The notes: generated from the letters alone by a model not told the origin. A DNA stretch of 64,000 nt from an uncultured Acidobacteriota bacterium (GCA_963770895.1 CAVYRF010000002.1:704001-768000), one strand, 5' to 3'; numbered from the stretch's first letter, positions 43,763 through 54,369 are shown. Numbers and translations are program-made.

Positions 43763-44178
43763 CGCCGTGCGGTAGGTCAGCGCAGGCCGAAGGCTTTGGC
43801 GATCAACGGCGCGTCGACCACCACGTGCGGCGCGATGGCGTGGTAGCCGATGGCGTGCACCCAGGCGTTGCCGGTGCGCAAGGTGAGGAACGTCTTGATC
43901 ATGCCCGGGCCAAAGTAGCCGAGGCCGACCAGGAGCAGCGACAACGCGGCGTTGCGAGGCGTATTGAACAGCGACCACCCTTCGACCAGGTGCATCGCGG
44001 CATAGGTGATGCCGCCCAATAGCACCGTCGTGGTGAAGGAACCGGTCAGCTTGAGGTACCGCGGAACCAGGATCGAGTAGATCAGCACCATGGTCGGCAG
44101 CACGGTGCCGATCAGGAACACGGCCAGCGACAGCGGCACCGCGGTCGCAAGCTGCCGGGCGTTCATGTGAAAGATCCC
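43763..44178 (-). repeat. Diverged duplicate of 46826-47241 (3' part of a CPBP-like gene)
   Basis: Near-identical translation with many synonymous changes. Confidence 0.9.
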
Positions 44179-44468
44179 GCGCCAGGTCGCGCATCTCCTG
44201 ATCGCCATCGATCCCGCCGCCATGACCGACGCGCCGGCCCTGCGCACCAGGCTCACCCAGTGGCTCCGCGCCACCCGCGCCGAGCCCGCCGCCGGCCCCG
44301 ATCCCGTCCTGGTCCCCGGCGACCCCGAACGCGCCGCCGCCGCCGAGCGCCGCCACAACATCCCGCTCGACGACGAAGACCTGCGCCTCCTGACCGCCCT
44401 AGAATAGGCAACGGACAGCTAGCGCGACCGCGCGGCGGCGCACCGCTCCATCCGGAACACGCGAATAT
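44177..44468 (+). repeat. Diverged duplicate of 42062-42350 (Ldh_2 3' end and flank)
   Basis: RQVAHLLIAIDPAA...DDEDLRLLTALE repeated; CAG changed to TAG. Confidence 0.9.
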
Positions 44469-44481
44469 ATATACTGTCGCG

Positions 44482-44913
44482 GTGAGCACAACCGATCAAA
44501 TCGGTACGACCGCAGAGATCGAGCTGGCGTTATCCGGTTTCTTCGCCGGCTGCCCGGCATCGGAAGGGCTGGCCGCGGCATACCTGTTCGGAAGCTTCGC
44601 GCGCGGCAGCGCCGGACCGGCAAGCGATGTGGACGTGGGAGTGCTCTACGCCGCCCCGCCGCTGTCCACCTTGGCGGGCCTCGGCTTTCACCTGGAAGCC
44701 GATCTCGCCCGCCTGCTCCACAGACCGGTGCAACTCGTGGTACTGAACCGTGCTCCCGTCGACCTGATCCAGCGCGTCCTGCGCGACGGCAGACTCGTCC
44801 TCGATCGCGACCGTTCCTATCGCATTCGTTTCGAAGTCCAGGCTAGAAACGAATTTTGGGACCTGCAACCCTTTCTGTTGCGCTACCGCAAGGCGGGAGA
44901 GCAGCCGCATTGA
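44482..44913 (+). CDS. mntA: MNT nucleotidyltransferase antitoxin
   Basis: YLFGSFARGSAGPASDVD; start is approximate (GTG 44482). Confidence 0.82.
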   Translation: MSTTDQIGTTAEIELALSGFFAGCPASEGLAAAYLFGSFARGSAGPASDVDVGVLYAAPPLSTLAGLGFHLEADLARLLHRPVQLVVLNRAPVDLIQRVLRDGRLVLDRDRSYRIRFEVQARNEFWDLQPFLLRYRKAGEQPH

Positions 44914-45344
44914 CCGACGCCGACCTGGTCACCAAGCGCCTGGCACGCATCGAGACGTGCGTGCAAGAGCTGCGGACGCTCGGCAATCCAGGGCGCATCG
45001 CCACGGATCTGCGTGAACAGCGCTTCTTCGAGCACACTCTGCAAATCGCCATCCAGTCTGCCCTCGACGTAGCCTCCCACATCGTGTCCGACAGGCGCCT
45101 TGGAGAGCCGCAGAGCAACCATGATCTTCTCGACCTGCTTGTGCGCTATGGATGGATACCCGCCGAGCTGGCCCAGGCGCTACATCGCATGGTCGGTTTC
45201 CGCAACATCCTCGTCCGCGGCTACGAAACGGTTGACCTTGTCATCGTCGAGGACGTCGCCCGGAACCACCTGGACGACCTCCTCGCCTTCGCACGCGAGA
45301 TCCGTCGCCACGCCGCCCTGAATCCACCGCCTGCCGCCAACTAA
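44910..45344 (+). CDS. hepT: HEPN/DUF86 toxin, catalytic His replaced by Arg
   Basis: LQIAIQSALDVASHI, MVGFRNILVRGY; TTGA overlap with MNT. Confidence 0.82.
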   Translation: MTDADLVTKRLARIETCVQELRTLGNPGRIATDLREQRFFEHTLQIAIQSALDVASHIVSDRRLGEPQSNHDLLDLLVRYGWIPAELAQALHRMVGFRNILVRGYETVDLVIVEDVARNHLDDLLAFAREIRRHAALNPPPAAN

Positions 45345-45348
45345 TACC

Positions 45349-46428
45349 ATGCCAAAGGTATTCATGTCGTATTCGTGGGACGACGACGAACACAGACTTT
45401 GGGTGCGCGATCTTGCCGCCCGGCTGCGCGGCGACGGCATCGAGACACTCCTGGATCAATGGCACCTCGTTCCGGGAGATCGGCTCCCGGCGTTTATGGA
45501 AACGTCGGTCCGGGAGTGCGACTTTGCCCTCATCGTCTGCACGCCACGATACAAGCAACGGTCGGACTCACGCGCCGGCGGCGTCGGATATGAAGGCGAC
45601 ATCATGACCGGCGAGGTCTACGTCCATGGCAACGCCAGGAAATTCATACCTCTTCTGGCGCGGGGTCCGTGGAGCCTCGCGGCCCCCTCATGGCTATTAG
45701 GGCGCCTCTACCTCGATTTCACCACGACGCCGCCGGATACTGCGTCCTACAACGACCTGGTGACGACCATTCTCGGGCGATGGCCTCAGCCGCCACCTGT
45801 CGGCGAGCTACCGCTGGAAGTGCCGCCACTCACCGTCGAGGCCCTCTTCGGCAACCAGGACACCCTGACCGTGAGCCCTATTTCGCGCGATTTTCGGCAA
45901 GGGTATAGCAGCTTCACCTGGCCCGCGGCTTACGCAGTGAACAACATGAGCCGGCGCGACTTCACCATCACCGGTATCGAAAACGTGCTGACCAGCGTGC
46001 GACTAGGCGAGCATGAGCTCCTGCTGAGGCAGACCAACGGCTCCCACGCCCTGATTATCATTTATGATGATTTCGGATCACTGCTGCATGACGGAGGCGC
46101 CACGGAGCGCCTCCCCTGGACAATCAGAGCTGGCGTCAAGCAGTATTTGAAAGTGATGGGTGACTACGACTTACTGGACCATGGCCATCCAGTGTTCTTC
46201 AAGAACGAGCAGGATGGCTATCAGCTTTTGACGGCAGCTCTCGGCGCCGAGCTGGGCGCCGACGGCTCACGGCCGGGCATTGTAAAGACGTTCGAAACGC
46301 ACCTGGCGCTCCACGGCCATGGAAAGCTTGTCTCCAGCCAGCGGACGATTCTTCTGACCCCGGGGTGCAAGATTAACTTGCAGCCCTTGCTGGACAGCGT
46401 CGTAGTCACCAAGAAGGACGACATCTGA
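45349..46428 (+). CDS. TIR/SEFIR domain protein
   Basis: KVFMSYSWD, LDQWHL.PGD, VCTPRY, GGVGYE. Confidence 0.85.
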   Translation: MPKVFMSYSWDDDEHRLWVRDLAARLRGDGIETLLDQWHLVPGDRLPAFMETSVRECDFALIVCTPRYKQRSDSRAGGVGYEGDIMTGEVYVHGNARKFIPLLARGPWSLAAPSWLLGRLYLDFTTTPPDTASYNDLVTTILGRWPQPPPVGELPLEVPPLTVEALFGNQDTLTVSPISRDFRQGYSSFTWPAAYAVNNMSRRDFTITGIENVLTSVRLGEHELLLRQTNGSHALIIIYDDFGSLLHDGGATERLPWTIRAGVKQYLKVMGDYDLLDHGHPVFFKNEQDGYQLLTAALGAELGADGSRPGIVKTFETHLALHGHGKLVSSQRTILLTPGCKINLQPLLDSVVVTKKDDI

Positions 46429-46430
46429 CA

Positions 46431-46676
46431 CTAACAAACACCCGTCGAGCTGACGTGGTAGTACGGCCTCTGCATACCACTGCACCAGCAGGTGCCGCAG
46501 TCGTTCTCACACGTACCGACAATCGTGGTCATCGAAGCGTCCGAATAGTAGACCCACATGCTGTCATAGGGTTGGGGGCGACAGACGAAAGCGTGCGCGG
46601 CAGATGGGGCTGCCGCCAGAGCGACCAGCACCAGCGCAATGATCAGACCCAAGAGGCGCAGACGAGGACTCGACAT
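46431..46676 (-). CDS. Small secreted Cys-rich protein (DUF6289-like)
   Basis: GGAGGAG RBS; signal peptide; YYSDAS.T..VG..C..C; six Cys. Confidence 0.7.
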   Translation of the reverse strand: MSSPRLRLLGLIIALVLVALAAAPSAAHAFVCRPQPYDSMWVYYSDASMTTIVGTCENDCGTCWCSGMQRPYYHVSSTGVC

Positions 46677-46839
46677 GACAGGCTCCTCCAAGAGCGAATG
46701 GTTTGATGACGCAGGGCAAGACCGGCGGAACAGCCGCCCGGCGGTTCGCCACCCGCGGAGCCTAGCACAGCATTTTATAATTGCAGATACTAAGGTGTGG
46801 CTGGGCGCCCTCCGCAATGCCGTTGCGCCGTGCGGCAGG

Positions 46840-47760
46840 TCAGCGCAGGCCGAACGCCTTGGCGATCAGCGGCGCGTCGACCACCACGTGCGGCGCGATG
46901 GCGTGGTAGCCGATGGCGTGCACCCAGGCATTGCCCGTGCGCAAGGTGAGAAACGTCTTGATCATGCCCGGGCCAAAGTAGCCGAGGCCGACAAGCAGCA
47001 GCGATAACGCGGCGTTGCGGGGCGTATTGAACAGCGACCACCCCTCGACCAGGTGCATCGCGGCATAGGTGATGCCGCCCAGCAGCACCGTCGTGGTGGA
47101 GGAGCCGGTCAATTTGAGGTACCGCGGCACAAGAATCGAGTAGATCAGCACCATGGTCGGCAGCACGGTGCCGATCAGGAACACGGCCAACGACAGCGGC
47201 ACCGCGGTAGTCAGCTGCCGAACGTTCATGTGCAAGATCCCATCAAAAGCGCCCAGCTCGACGAAACTTTCGATCACCGCCACCACGACGATCACCAGCA
47301 GATCGTTCGCCCGATCGGTGGAGCGCAGGTTCAGCTCCATCGCCGAGTAGCGCCGGCGGAACCACACATAGGGTATGACGGCGAAGACGACAAAATTGTA
47401 GACCGCCCAGGTGCAGATCTCTCCCACACCGGCCGGGACGCTGCAACCCACCAGCGTGCCGGCGACGTGGAAGCTGAAGGGCCGGTAGCCAAGCGCCGGA
47501 CCGACCACCCATCCGCCGACCTGGCCAACCGCTGCATAGGTGAGCAACAGCGTCGTTTCCCGAGCCGCCTGGGGCCGGCCAGGCGCCCGAGCCGCAAGGT
47601 CGGGGATCTCACGCCGCCGGGTCAGCCAGTACACCACCGCCATCAGCGCAAAGACCTCAAGCAGGCCCAGGCTGGGAAACGCCACCTGCCGGCCGAACGA
47701 CAACTTTGCCAATGCCGGCCGGTCGAACGGCAGAACGCCACGCGCCAGCAGGCTGCACCG
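46840..47760 (-). pseudogene. CPBP/Abi-like membrane protein, 5'-truncated and fused in frame to an IS21 fragment
   Basis: Multi-TM; YAAMH and RTGNAWVHAIGYH motifs; junction position is approximate. Confidence 0.6.
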
Positions 47761-48228
47761 CTGGCCAAGATGCGCCAGCTCACGACTCAGCACCACGCTG
47801 CTGAACCCCACCTCCGGGGCTCGCACCCGCAAGAACGGCACCCAACGGTCCAGGACACGCCCCCGCCGCCGACGGTGCTGCACCTGCCAGACCCGCGCCC
47901 ACCACTTCCGCACGGTCTTTACGTCGAGGCCGAGCTGCCGCGCAATCGCCTTCTTCGCCACTCCACGCTCCCGCAAAGCGGCGATCGCTCCCCACATCCC
48001 CTCGTCGACCAACTCGCCCTCCTGGGCGCCTCCAGGCGCCGCAGAGAGCATGTCCGACTCCGGTGCCGGCAACGGCGCCGGCTCCTGCTCCGCATGCACC
48101 TCGGCCGCCGGCACGCCGGCCGCCGCCACTTCGCTGCTGCTGCTTGTTTCGCTCATTCCCTTCCTCCGTGCGGAGGGGGGGGGAATTTTAGCGTCCAGCA
48201 TGGGGGGAATTTAGGCGTCTCGCTGACA
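47760..48228 (-). mobile_element. Partial IS21-family element (left end and istA HTH)
   Basis: TGTCAGCG terminus with a duplicated AATTCCCCCC box; KAIARQLGLDVKTVRK. Confidence 0.7.
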
Positions 48229-48229
48229 C

Positions 48230-49077
48230 ACGGCCAAGGGGCGCCAGCAGGTCGCGGTGGCCGACACCTTGCTGCGGCTGGTCGCCGAGCTGCCGCGGTA
48301 CGGGGTGCGGTCGTTTCGCTTCAAGGATCTGGCCGACCCGCTGAGGACCGATGCGCGGCAGCGCTGGGCGGCCTGCCTGGCCGAAGACCGGGCGGTGCCG
48401 ACCGCGATGGCTGACGGCGGCGAAGGCTGGGCGCTGCGCCAGGAGGTGCCGGAGTGTACCTTCGAGTCCCACCACAACTACCTGCACCTGGTCAGCTGCG
48501 TCTCGGCTGCAATTGGCAGCATCGAAACCGACCTCCGAACCCGCGGCTACCTGCGGGCGCTGTGGGATCACCTGCGCCTGAGCGACGACGACGGCGCGTA
48601 TGGCGCTTGCGATGACGTCGCACCGGTCGAGCGCCGGGCGCTTTTCCACCGCCAGGCGGTCGAAGACGAGAAACCCCACCGGGTCGTGCTCGCGTTGCCG
48701 TTCGTGCAGAAAGTGCTTGATGTTGAGGTTGACCAGGCCGTCGATATTGGCCTTGGCCGCGAGCTGGCAGCGGAGCGAGTGGTGCCGGTCCGAGAAGATG
48801 TATGCCCAGCAGTCGCTGACCAGTTCGCCCAGGGCGCTCTGCTCCGCCCGCCGCTCGCCCCAGAGGTGCGCCATGGGATCTCCCATCGCCGCTTCGGCGT
48901 CCCAGCGCTCGTAGCCGTACACGCCCAGGTAGCAGGGCGGGCAGCGCCACAGGCCGCGCCGCTTGAGCTCGCCCCCAACGCCGTCTGGAGGCTGTTCCAG
49001 GCATCGTGGAAGAGCTCCAGATCGGGAGTTTCACCGCCCTTCTGGCTTCGCAGAAAAGCGGTGAAGGCGGACTGCAT
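48230..49077. pseudogene. Scrambled or frameshifted hypothetical gene fragments
   Basis: Minus strand ATG 49077 with a shift at the G5 run near 48972; plus strand protein-like segment at 48257-48595. Confidence 0.4.
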
Positions 49078-49320
49078 GTCGCCCCCTGCCGTCGACGCGC
49101 GGCGCCCGGCAGGTTCGCCGCCGGCGGTGATCGTGGGCACCCTGCGGATCATGGCCAGAGTCTCCGTCGCATTCCGCGCCCTCCATTGCGCGATCCCTCG
49201 CTGCCGGGGGCAGAACGCCGCCCATAAGCTCTTAACGGCGGGGATCGCCGCATTGGCGGCGCCGGCGCTCCTGGCGACTCCCGAACTCACCCGCCGGATG
49301 CCAACGCGGCACAAGAATCA

Positions 49321-49387
49321 GCCAACCTCGGAGGCAGGCCTCCTCGTAGCCCCCGATCAATACGCCAACCTCCTTCTCAACGGCCCC
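49321..49387 (+). repeat. Relic copy of the ApgM-like gene segment 43463-43525
   Basis: GLLVAPDQYANLLLNGP versus GLLVAPDHYTNLLLDGP. Confidence 0.75.
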
Positions 49388-51105
49388 TACGTCTTGACCC
49401 CCCTGCCATCTCCTGACACTCGGACGCTCCTGAGGAGTTCCTGGCCGTCATAGAAGCGGAAGCACCACTCGGCCCCTCCTCGTGGTCGCTCCAAACTAAC
49501 CGACATCACGTAAGACACCACCGCCGAGCAGCGGATAGCGAGTGCCCGCGCCCGGTGATACGCTTCTGAAAGCGATTCTGGCAAGGGGCACTGCGAGAAG
49601 GGAACGGAAAACGCGCAGCTATCGACTGCACCGACCCGGGCGGCGCCGTCCTTGCGAGTAACCAGGATCTGCTGGAAGTCGTAGGCATAGCCGGTCCGCC
49701 CATCCCGAGACATTACGTGCGGCTCGCCGCTGTATACCTCGACGACCCATTGCCCCGCTCTTCCGTCGGGAGTCATGAGCCCTTCCTCAGGGCTGACGAA
49801 GTGGCGGCTAACCACCGATTCCACTATGCCCGTGTTTGATAGAAAGGCCAGCTGCCATCGCCGAGCCGCATCCGCGGCGAGGAGTTGGTCCGCTAACCTG
49901 AGAGCCTCTCCGGCCGTGAGGCGATCCCCGGTCGACTCATCCGGAGGCAGAATGTCCCAGATATAGTTGCCCATCGCCTTCCGCTGCTGGTTGATGTCGA
50001 TCACGACATTCCCGTTTTCGATTTTTGTATGGAAGAAGTCGGCGTTCAGAACCTCAGCCTGCATGGCCGGATGCCGCACCTCGCCCGACGCCGCGTCCAC
50101 ACCGACCGTAAGAATGCTATCGCCCAGCGCTGGATCGAAGAACGACACTTTCCAGATCAGGAAGCCGCCGTCGCGCTTGTCGCACTCGAGCTTGGCGAGA
50201 GTGAAGAATTGCTCGTCGTCTTTGCGCAACGCCCCTCCCGCCCGTCCGCAGTCGAGGGCGCGCGCGATGGCGGCGTCGGAATCGACGAAACCACCCGTGA
50301 TTGGAAGCGGCCTGAACCGAGTGTATCTTTTCGCGACGTGCTTCACGTTGGCCCCATCGTACTCGATGAGATCCTTCGCCCGCTTCTCTGAAATGCTCGG
50401 CTGCTCATTGAGGGCGCAGGAATAAATGACCACAGAGTCCGGAACAGGCCGCGGGTCCAGGTCGAGGAGGAATAGGGTGGGCAGAGCATGGATCTTGCCA
50501 TCGATCACAGCATAGGCCTGCACCGAGGCCTTTTCTGGATCGAAGAATTCGGTGATCCAAAGGCGGCTGGCGCCGTTCGTCGAATCAGCGAAGAGCCAGT
50601 CGCGTCGCCTGCTGAGGCTGTAGACGGTCGCGACACCCTGGTGAGAAAGGCCGAAAAGTTGTCCCGCTGGATTAACCTTGACCTTGACCTCCCTGGCGGC
50701 CTCCTTGGCCCTGAGATACCGTGGCTTCGGCAGGCATTTGATCTCATTGACAAGCTGGTAGAGCGCGCGACGATAATCCGAGCGAACGCGGAAATCAGTG
50801 AAGGCCATCTCGAACTGCCACGGCCCCACGATGTCCTCGATGAGCACGGGCAGGATGCGGACCCCGCCCATCGCCCTTGCCATCTCGATCTCCCTCTTGA
50901 CCCAGTCCGATTGATTTGCCGCCTTTGACAGGACCACCACAAGACATCCCGCGTTGCGGATACCCGTCTCAAGGGCCGTGAGGCTCTCGCCGGCCCGTAG
51001 CTCCATCTCGTCGAGCCAGGGCTCTATCCCCTCCTGGTGCAGGTCAATGGCCAGTCTTCGAACAAAGGCCTTGTCTTTGCTGCTATGCGAGAGAAAAACC
51101 GGCAT
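49387..51105 (-). CDS. TIR domain protein with repeated C-terminal domains
   Basis: VFLSHSSKDK, WLDE, SDWVKREI; AGGAGGAG RBS. Confidence 0.85.
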   Translation of the reverse strand: MPVFLSHSSKDKAFVRRLAIDLHQEGIEPWLDEMELRAGESLTALETGIRNAGCLVVVLSKAANQSDWVKREIEMARAMGGVRILPVLIEDIVGPWQFEMAFTDFRVRSDYRRALYQLVNEIKCLPKPRYLRAKEAAREVKVKVNPAGQLFGLSHQGVATVYSLSRRRDWLFADSTNGASRLWITEFFDPEKASVQAYAVIDGKIHALPTLFLLDLDPRPVPDSVVIYSCALNEQPSISEKRAKDLIEYDGANVKHVAKRYTRFRPLPITGGFVDSDAAIARALDCGRAGGALRKDDEQFFTLAKLECDKRDGGFLIWKVSFFDPALGDSILTVGVDAASGEVRHPAMQAEVLNADFFHTKIENGNVVIDINQQRKAMGNYIWDILPPDESTGDRLTAGEALRLADQLLAADAARRWQLAFLSNTGIVESVVSRHFVSPEEGLMTPDGRAGQWVVEVYSGEPHVMSRDGRTGYAYDFQQILVTRKDGAARVGAVDSCAFSVPFSQCPLPESLSEAYHRARALAIRCSAVVSYVMSVSLERPRGGAEWCFRFYDGQELLRSVRVSGDGRGVKT

Positions 51106-51220
51106 ACGTCGCGCTCCTCCTTCTCAGAAACGGCCGTGATAGGCACGGGCGTCCAGACCTGCGATTTCGTCGCCGCAATACCCTGAAAGGCGCTGCTGGT
51201 CGCCACGGCCGCCGAGAGGC

Positions 51221-52646
51221 GGGGATGTCCCACTTTCCGTTGAAAGTCGACGGCGAAGTTGGCGGTAGTTTCACGCAGTGAGCGTCTCCTGGTCAAGCTT
51301 TTCTGGGTAAGAAGGGGCAGACCGAGCGAGGGCGATGCTGAGAGCCGGCAGGTCGCGGTAGCCCTTGATGCGACGGAAGCGCTTCTCGGCTTCGAGGATC
51401 CCGGTGACCGCCCAGCGCAAGACCATCGTCCCTCCTCGCCAGCGCTTGACACGGCGAGCCAGGTGCTTCAGAGCACTGTTGAGATTCTCGATTGGATTGG
51501 TCGAGCGCAAACTGCGAGTGAGCGTCGCCGACATGCGCAGGCCGATGATTGTTAAGGTTTCATCGAGACCTTCCCGCAACGACGACGCTGCGCCTGGATG
51601 CGCCTCTTCCAGTTGCTCTGCCAAGCCCACGAGGCGCTTCCGGGCTTGCTCGACAGAGCCAGCGGCCCAAGCCTTCCGGATCACCGTTCGCACCCACGCG
51701 TGCTTACTATCAGGTAAATGATCGATCACGTTGCGCATCTTGTGGATCTGGCAGCGTTGGATCAATGCCCAGCCCGCAAAAGTCTTTCTAATCGCGGCAC
51801 GCACGCCCTTGCCGCCGTCCACAACGAACAGGCGCATCCGCTCTACCAGCAGGCCGCGCTCGATCAAGTTGCGCAGCAACGCCCGCCCTGCCTGCTCGCT
51901 CTCGCTGCTGCCTTCCACCACCCCCAGCACTCGCTTCGACACATCCGCCTCGATGCCCATCGCCAACAGCAGCACATGGTCGCCAAGCACCGTGCCGTCG
52001 ATCATGAGCACCGGGAAGTCCCTGCCTTCGAGGGACTCGGACAGCCGCTGGGTGATCTGCTGGCGGGTCCGCGCGACGAAGCGCCGGGACACGCTCGAAC
52101 GGCTGACCGAGCACGAGTTCCGGCTCTCGGGCAGGGCCTCCAGGCTCCGGGCATACTTGCGCGTCGATACGCCCACGATCATCTGCTCGAGAGCTCGCTC
52201 GTCGAGAGGATCTTCCTGTCGCATCGCGACCCAACTCGGCAGCGCCAACTCCTCGCCCCCGACGGTGCGCACCCGCGGCCGGCCCAGCTGCACCTTGCGG
52301 CCGCCGAGGACCACGCGACCCTGCTCATGTCCGTAGCGATACGCCGTGCGCTGCGCTCCCTGCCGGCTGCCGGCAGGACCCACCAGCGCCTCGCGGTCCT
52401 CCTCCAGCATCGCCTCGAACACCGCGAGCCCCGTCGCCATCACCAGCTCCCGTAGCGCCTCTCCGGCTCGCACCAGCACGCCCCCCACGCCTACTCGCCG
52501 ACAGGCTCCCTCTTGCCCAGCAGTTGCCTCTCTCCCTCTCGCCGTGGCACTCTTCTTCATGACGGTGACCCTCCTTTAGTTGGCACCCCCATGCTCTATG
52601 GGGGCGAGGATCGCCGTCAACTTTCAACGGATTCTGGGACAAGGCC
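51221..52646 (-). mobile_element. IS256-family IS
   Basis: About 36-bp imperfect TIR (TGTCCCA..TCCGTTGAAAGT.GACGGCGA); 9-bp TSD CCGAGAGGC. Confidence 0.9.
51271..52560 (-). CDS. IS256-family transposase
   Basis: GVSTRKY, IDG, VDGGKG, QRCQIHKMRN, STNPIE. Confidence 0.92.
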   Translation of the reverse strand: MKKSATARGREATAGQEGACRRVGVGGVLVRAGEALRELVMATGLAVFEAMLEEDREALVGPAGSRQGAQRTAYRYGHEQGRVVLGGRKVQLGRPRVRTVGGEELALPSWVAMRQEDPLDERALEQMIVGVSTRKYARSLEALPESRNSCSVSRSSVSRRFVARTRQQITQRLSESLEGRDFPVLMIDGTVLGDHVLLLAMGIEADVSKRVLGVVEGSSESEQAGRALLRNLIERGLLVERMRLFVVDGGKGVRAAIRKTFAGWALIQRCQIHKMRNVIDHLPDSKHAWVRTVIRKAWAAGSVEQARKRLVGLAEQLEEAHPGAASSLREGLDETLTIIGLRMSATLTRSLRSTNPIENLNSALKHLARRVKRWRGGTMVLRWAVTGILEAEKRFRRIKGYRDLPALSIALARSAPSYPEKLDQETLTA

Positions 52647-52949
52647 CCGAGAGGCTGCGCCATCGTGGAGCAACCAATGCGGTTCATGTCCGAAGGGCTG
52701 GCTGTCGCCCGAACGCGCACCGCGGGCTCAGGGGTTTGGCGAGTGCGCGGTCGAGTGGGCAATGCTTCTGGTGGGGCAGATGGATGGAGCGGCCGCAATC
52801 GGCAGGCGTGAGAAGCGCACGGGGGCCGCGGTGCGCGCGAGGCAAAAGACGTACACCTCGTCAAATCCGCGTTGAGGGGTGGGCTCCCTATCTGACGCTC
52901 GAAGACGCTGAGCAGTCGGACGAGGTGCGCGAGGCATTGGCGATGCCGC

Positions 52950-53426
52950 TTGCCGCGCGGCGTCCGGGCTCGATGGCTACGGCGTGCCGGCGGGCGGCGA
53001 GGAACCCGGCGACGCTCCGGCGGCACTCGGCGCGAACAAGCCTACTTCGATGCGCTATCTCGCGGTCATATCAAGGCGACTGCCGCCGGCCTAGCTGGTG
53101 TCAGCGAGCGATGCGTGTACAAGCGGGCGAAGGAAGATAGCGACTTCGCAGAGCGGGAATGGATTGCGTATCACCGGGGAGGCGCGGCACTGATGAAGAT
53201 AGCATTAGATCGCGTGAGAGATCCAGCGCATCCTAGCGACAAGATTCTGCTACATCTTCTCGCTGTTCGTGAAGTCGATCATAAGCGGGTTATAGAGCAC
53301 AGCCGGCCTGATAGCGGATCGATGGCGACTCGGGACATGATACCCTTCGACAAATTATCGATTGAGACGAAGCGCCGCATAGTTGCAGAGGTAGAAGCGA
53401 TCGAGCGCGGCGACCTGCGGGTATAG
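52950..53426 (+). CDS. Phage terminase small subunit-like HTH protein (start uncertain)
   Basis: AAGLAGVSERCVY...DSDFA..W; SDKILLHLL; VIEHS. Confidence 0.5.
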   Translation: MPRGVRARWLRRAGGRRGTRRRSGGTRREQAYFDALSRGHIKATAAGLAGVSERCVYKRAKEDSDFAEREWIAYHRGGAALMKIALDRVRDPAHPSDKILLHLLAVREVDHKRVIEHSRPDSGSMATRDMIPFDKLSIETKRRIVAEVEAIERGDLRV

Positions 53427-53709
53427 TCTCCCCCGAGCGCGCCCAAATGGAGTCGGGGGCTTCGGCAGCGCCACACCTCAACGGAGGCGCCCGCGTACGC
53501 ATAACGCGCCAGGTGGACGACCGAGCGCAACGGGTGAATAGCGCCATAATACGGAAAGTGATGCCTTTAGTTGCCTGGGACAACTATGGGTCTTGAGGTA
53601 GTTGCAATTTCTCCCGGAGGCAGCGATCTTGTAATTCTCTCCCCTGCTGGCGCAGGTAATGGAACGGGAGGAGTCTGCTGAGTCTCTGCCATTGCTTATG
53701 TCTCCTGAG

Positions 53710-54369
53710 TTATGGTTTCCGATGGGTTGTAAGGTTTTGTTGATGCTTGGACTGCGAAGACGCCGCAGCCATGAGATGATCGCGCTGCTCAACAACACCG
53801 AATCCAAGCACCGCCACCCCGATGCCAACCAGAAGTAGTGAAAGGACCAAGATGGTTGAGGATCGCCGCAGCCGCCTCGCTAACCTTTCCTGGAGCTCCA
53901 AAAGCGAAGGATAAGCGTTGATGTAAGAATTTGTGATCACCTCGATGGCATTGCTTGAGCCAGTTTGTGAAATGGCATCATGCACCGCCCTGGGCGATGG
54001 CGGACCTTCGAGCGTATCGCCAGAGAAACCACTAAGGAGAGCTATCGACAGCGCACACAACTGAACGATAAGGGCTGCCACAAAAGCAATCGATCCAATG
54101 CTGCATAGAATGTCAAATTGCCCCACCCAATCGAACCAGAGCTTTCCGACCGCTGTGAGTTCCAAACCGAAAAGAATTACAACCGCTGATGCAAGTTGCC
54201 TAGCCCAGGTGCGAAACTCCTTTATCTGCTCTCCTGTTTCCGAGAGGCGGTCCTTTGTATACTCCAATAATGCGGCATGAATGCTGTCGTCTCCGGCAGC
54301 GGATGGCTTCGGGTTTGAACATTGGGCTGCGCTTTGCCTCCCCCTGTCACCTATTTGTTTCGAGCTCAT
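53710..54369 (-). CDS. Hypothetical membrane protein (low GC)
   Basis: 219-aa ORF with about three hydrophobic helices. Confidence 0.55.
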   Translation of the reverse strand: MSSKQIGDRGRQSAAQCSNPKPSAAGDDSIHAALLEYTKDRLSETGEQIKEFRTWARQLASAVVILFGLELTAVGKLWFDWVGQFDILCSIGSIAFVAALIVQLCALSIALLSGFSGDTLEGPPSPRAVHDAISQTGSSNAIEVITNSYINAYPSLLELQERLARRLRRSSTILVLSLLLVGIGVAVLGFGVVEQRDHLMAAASSQSKHQQNLTTHRKP

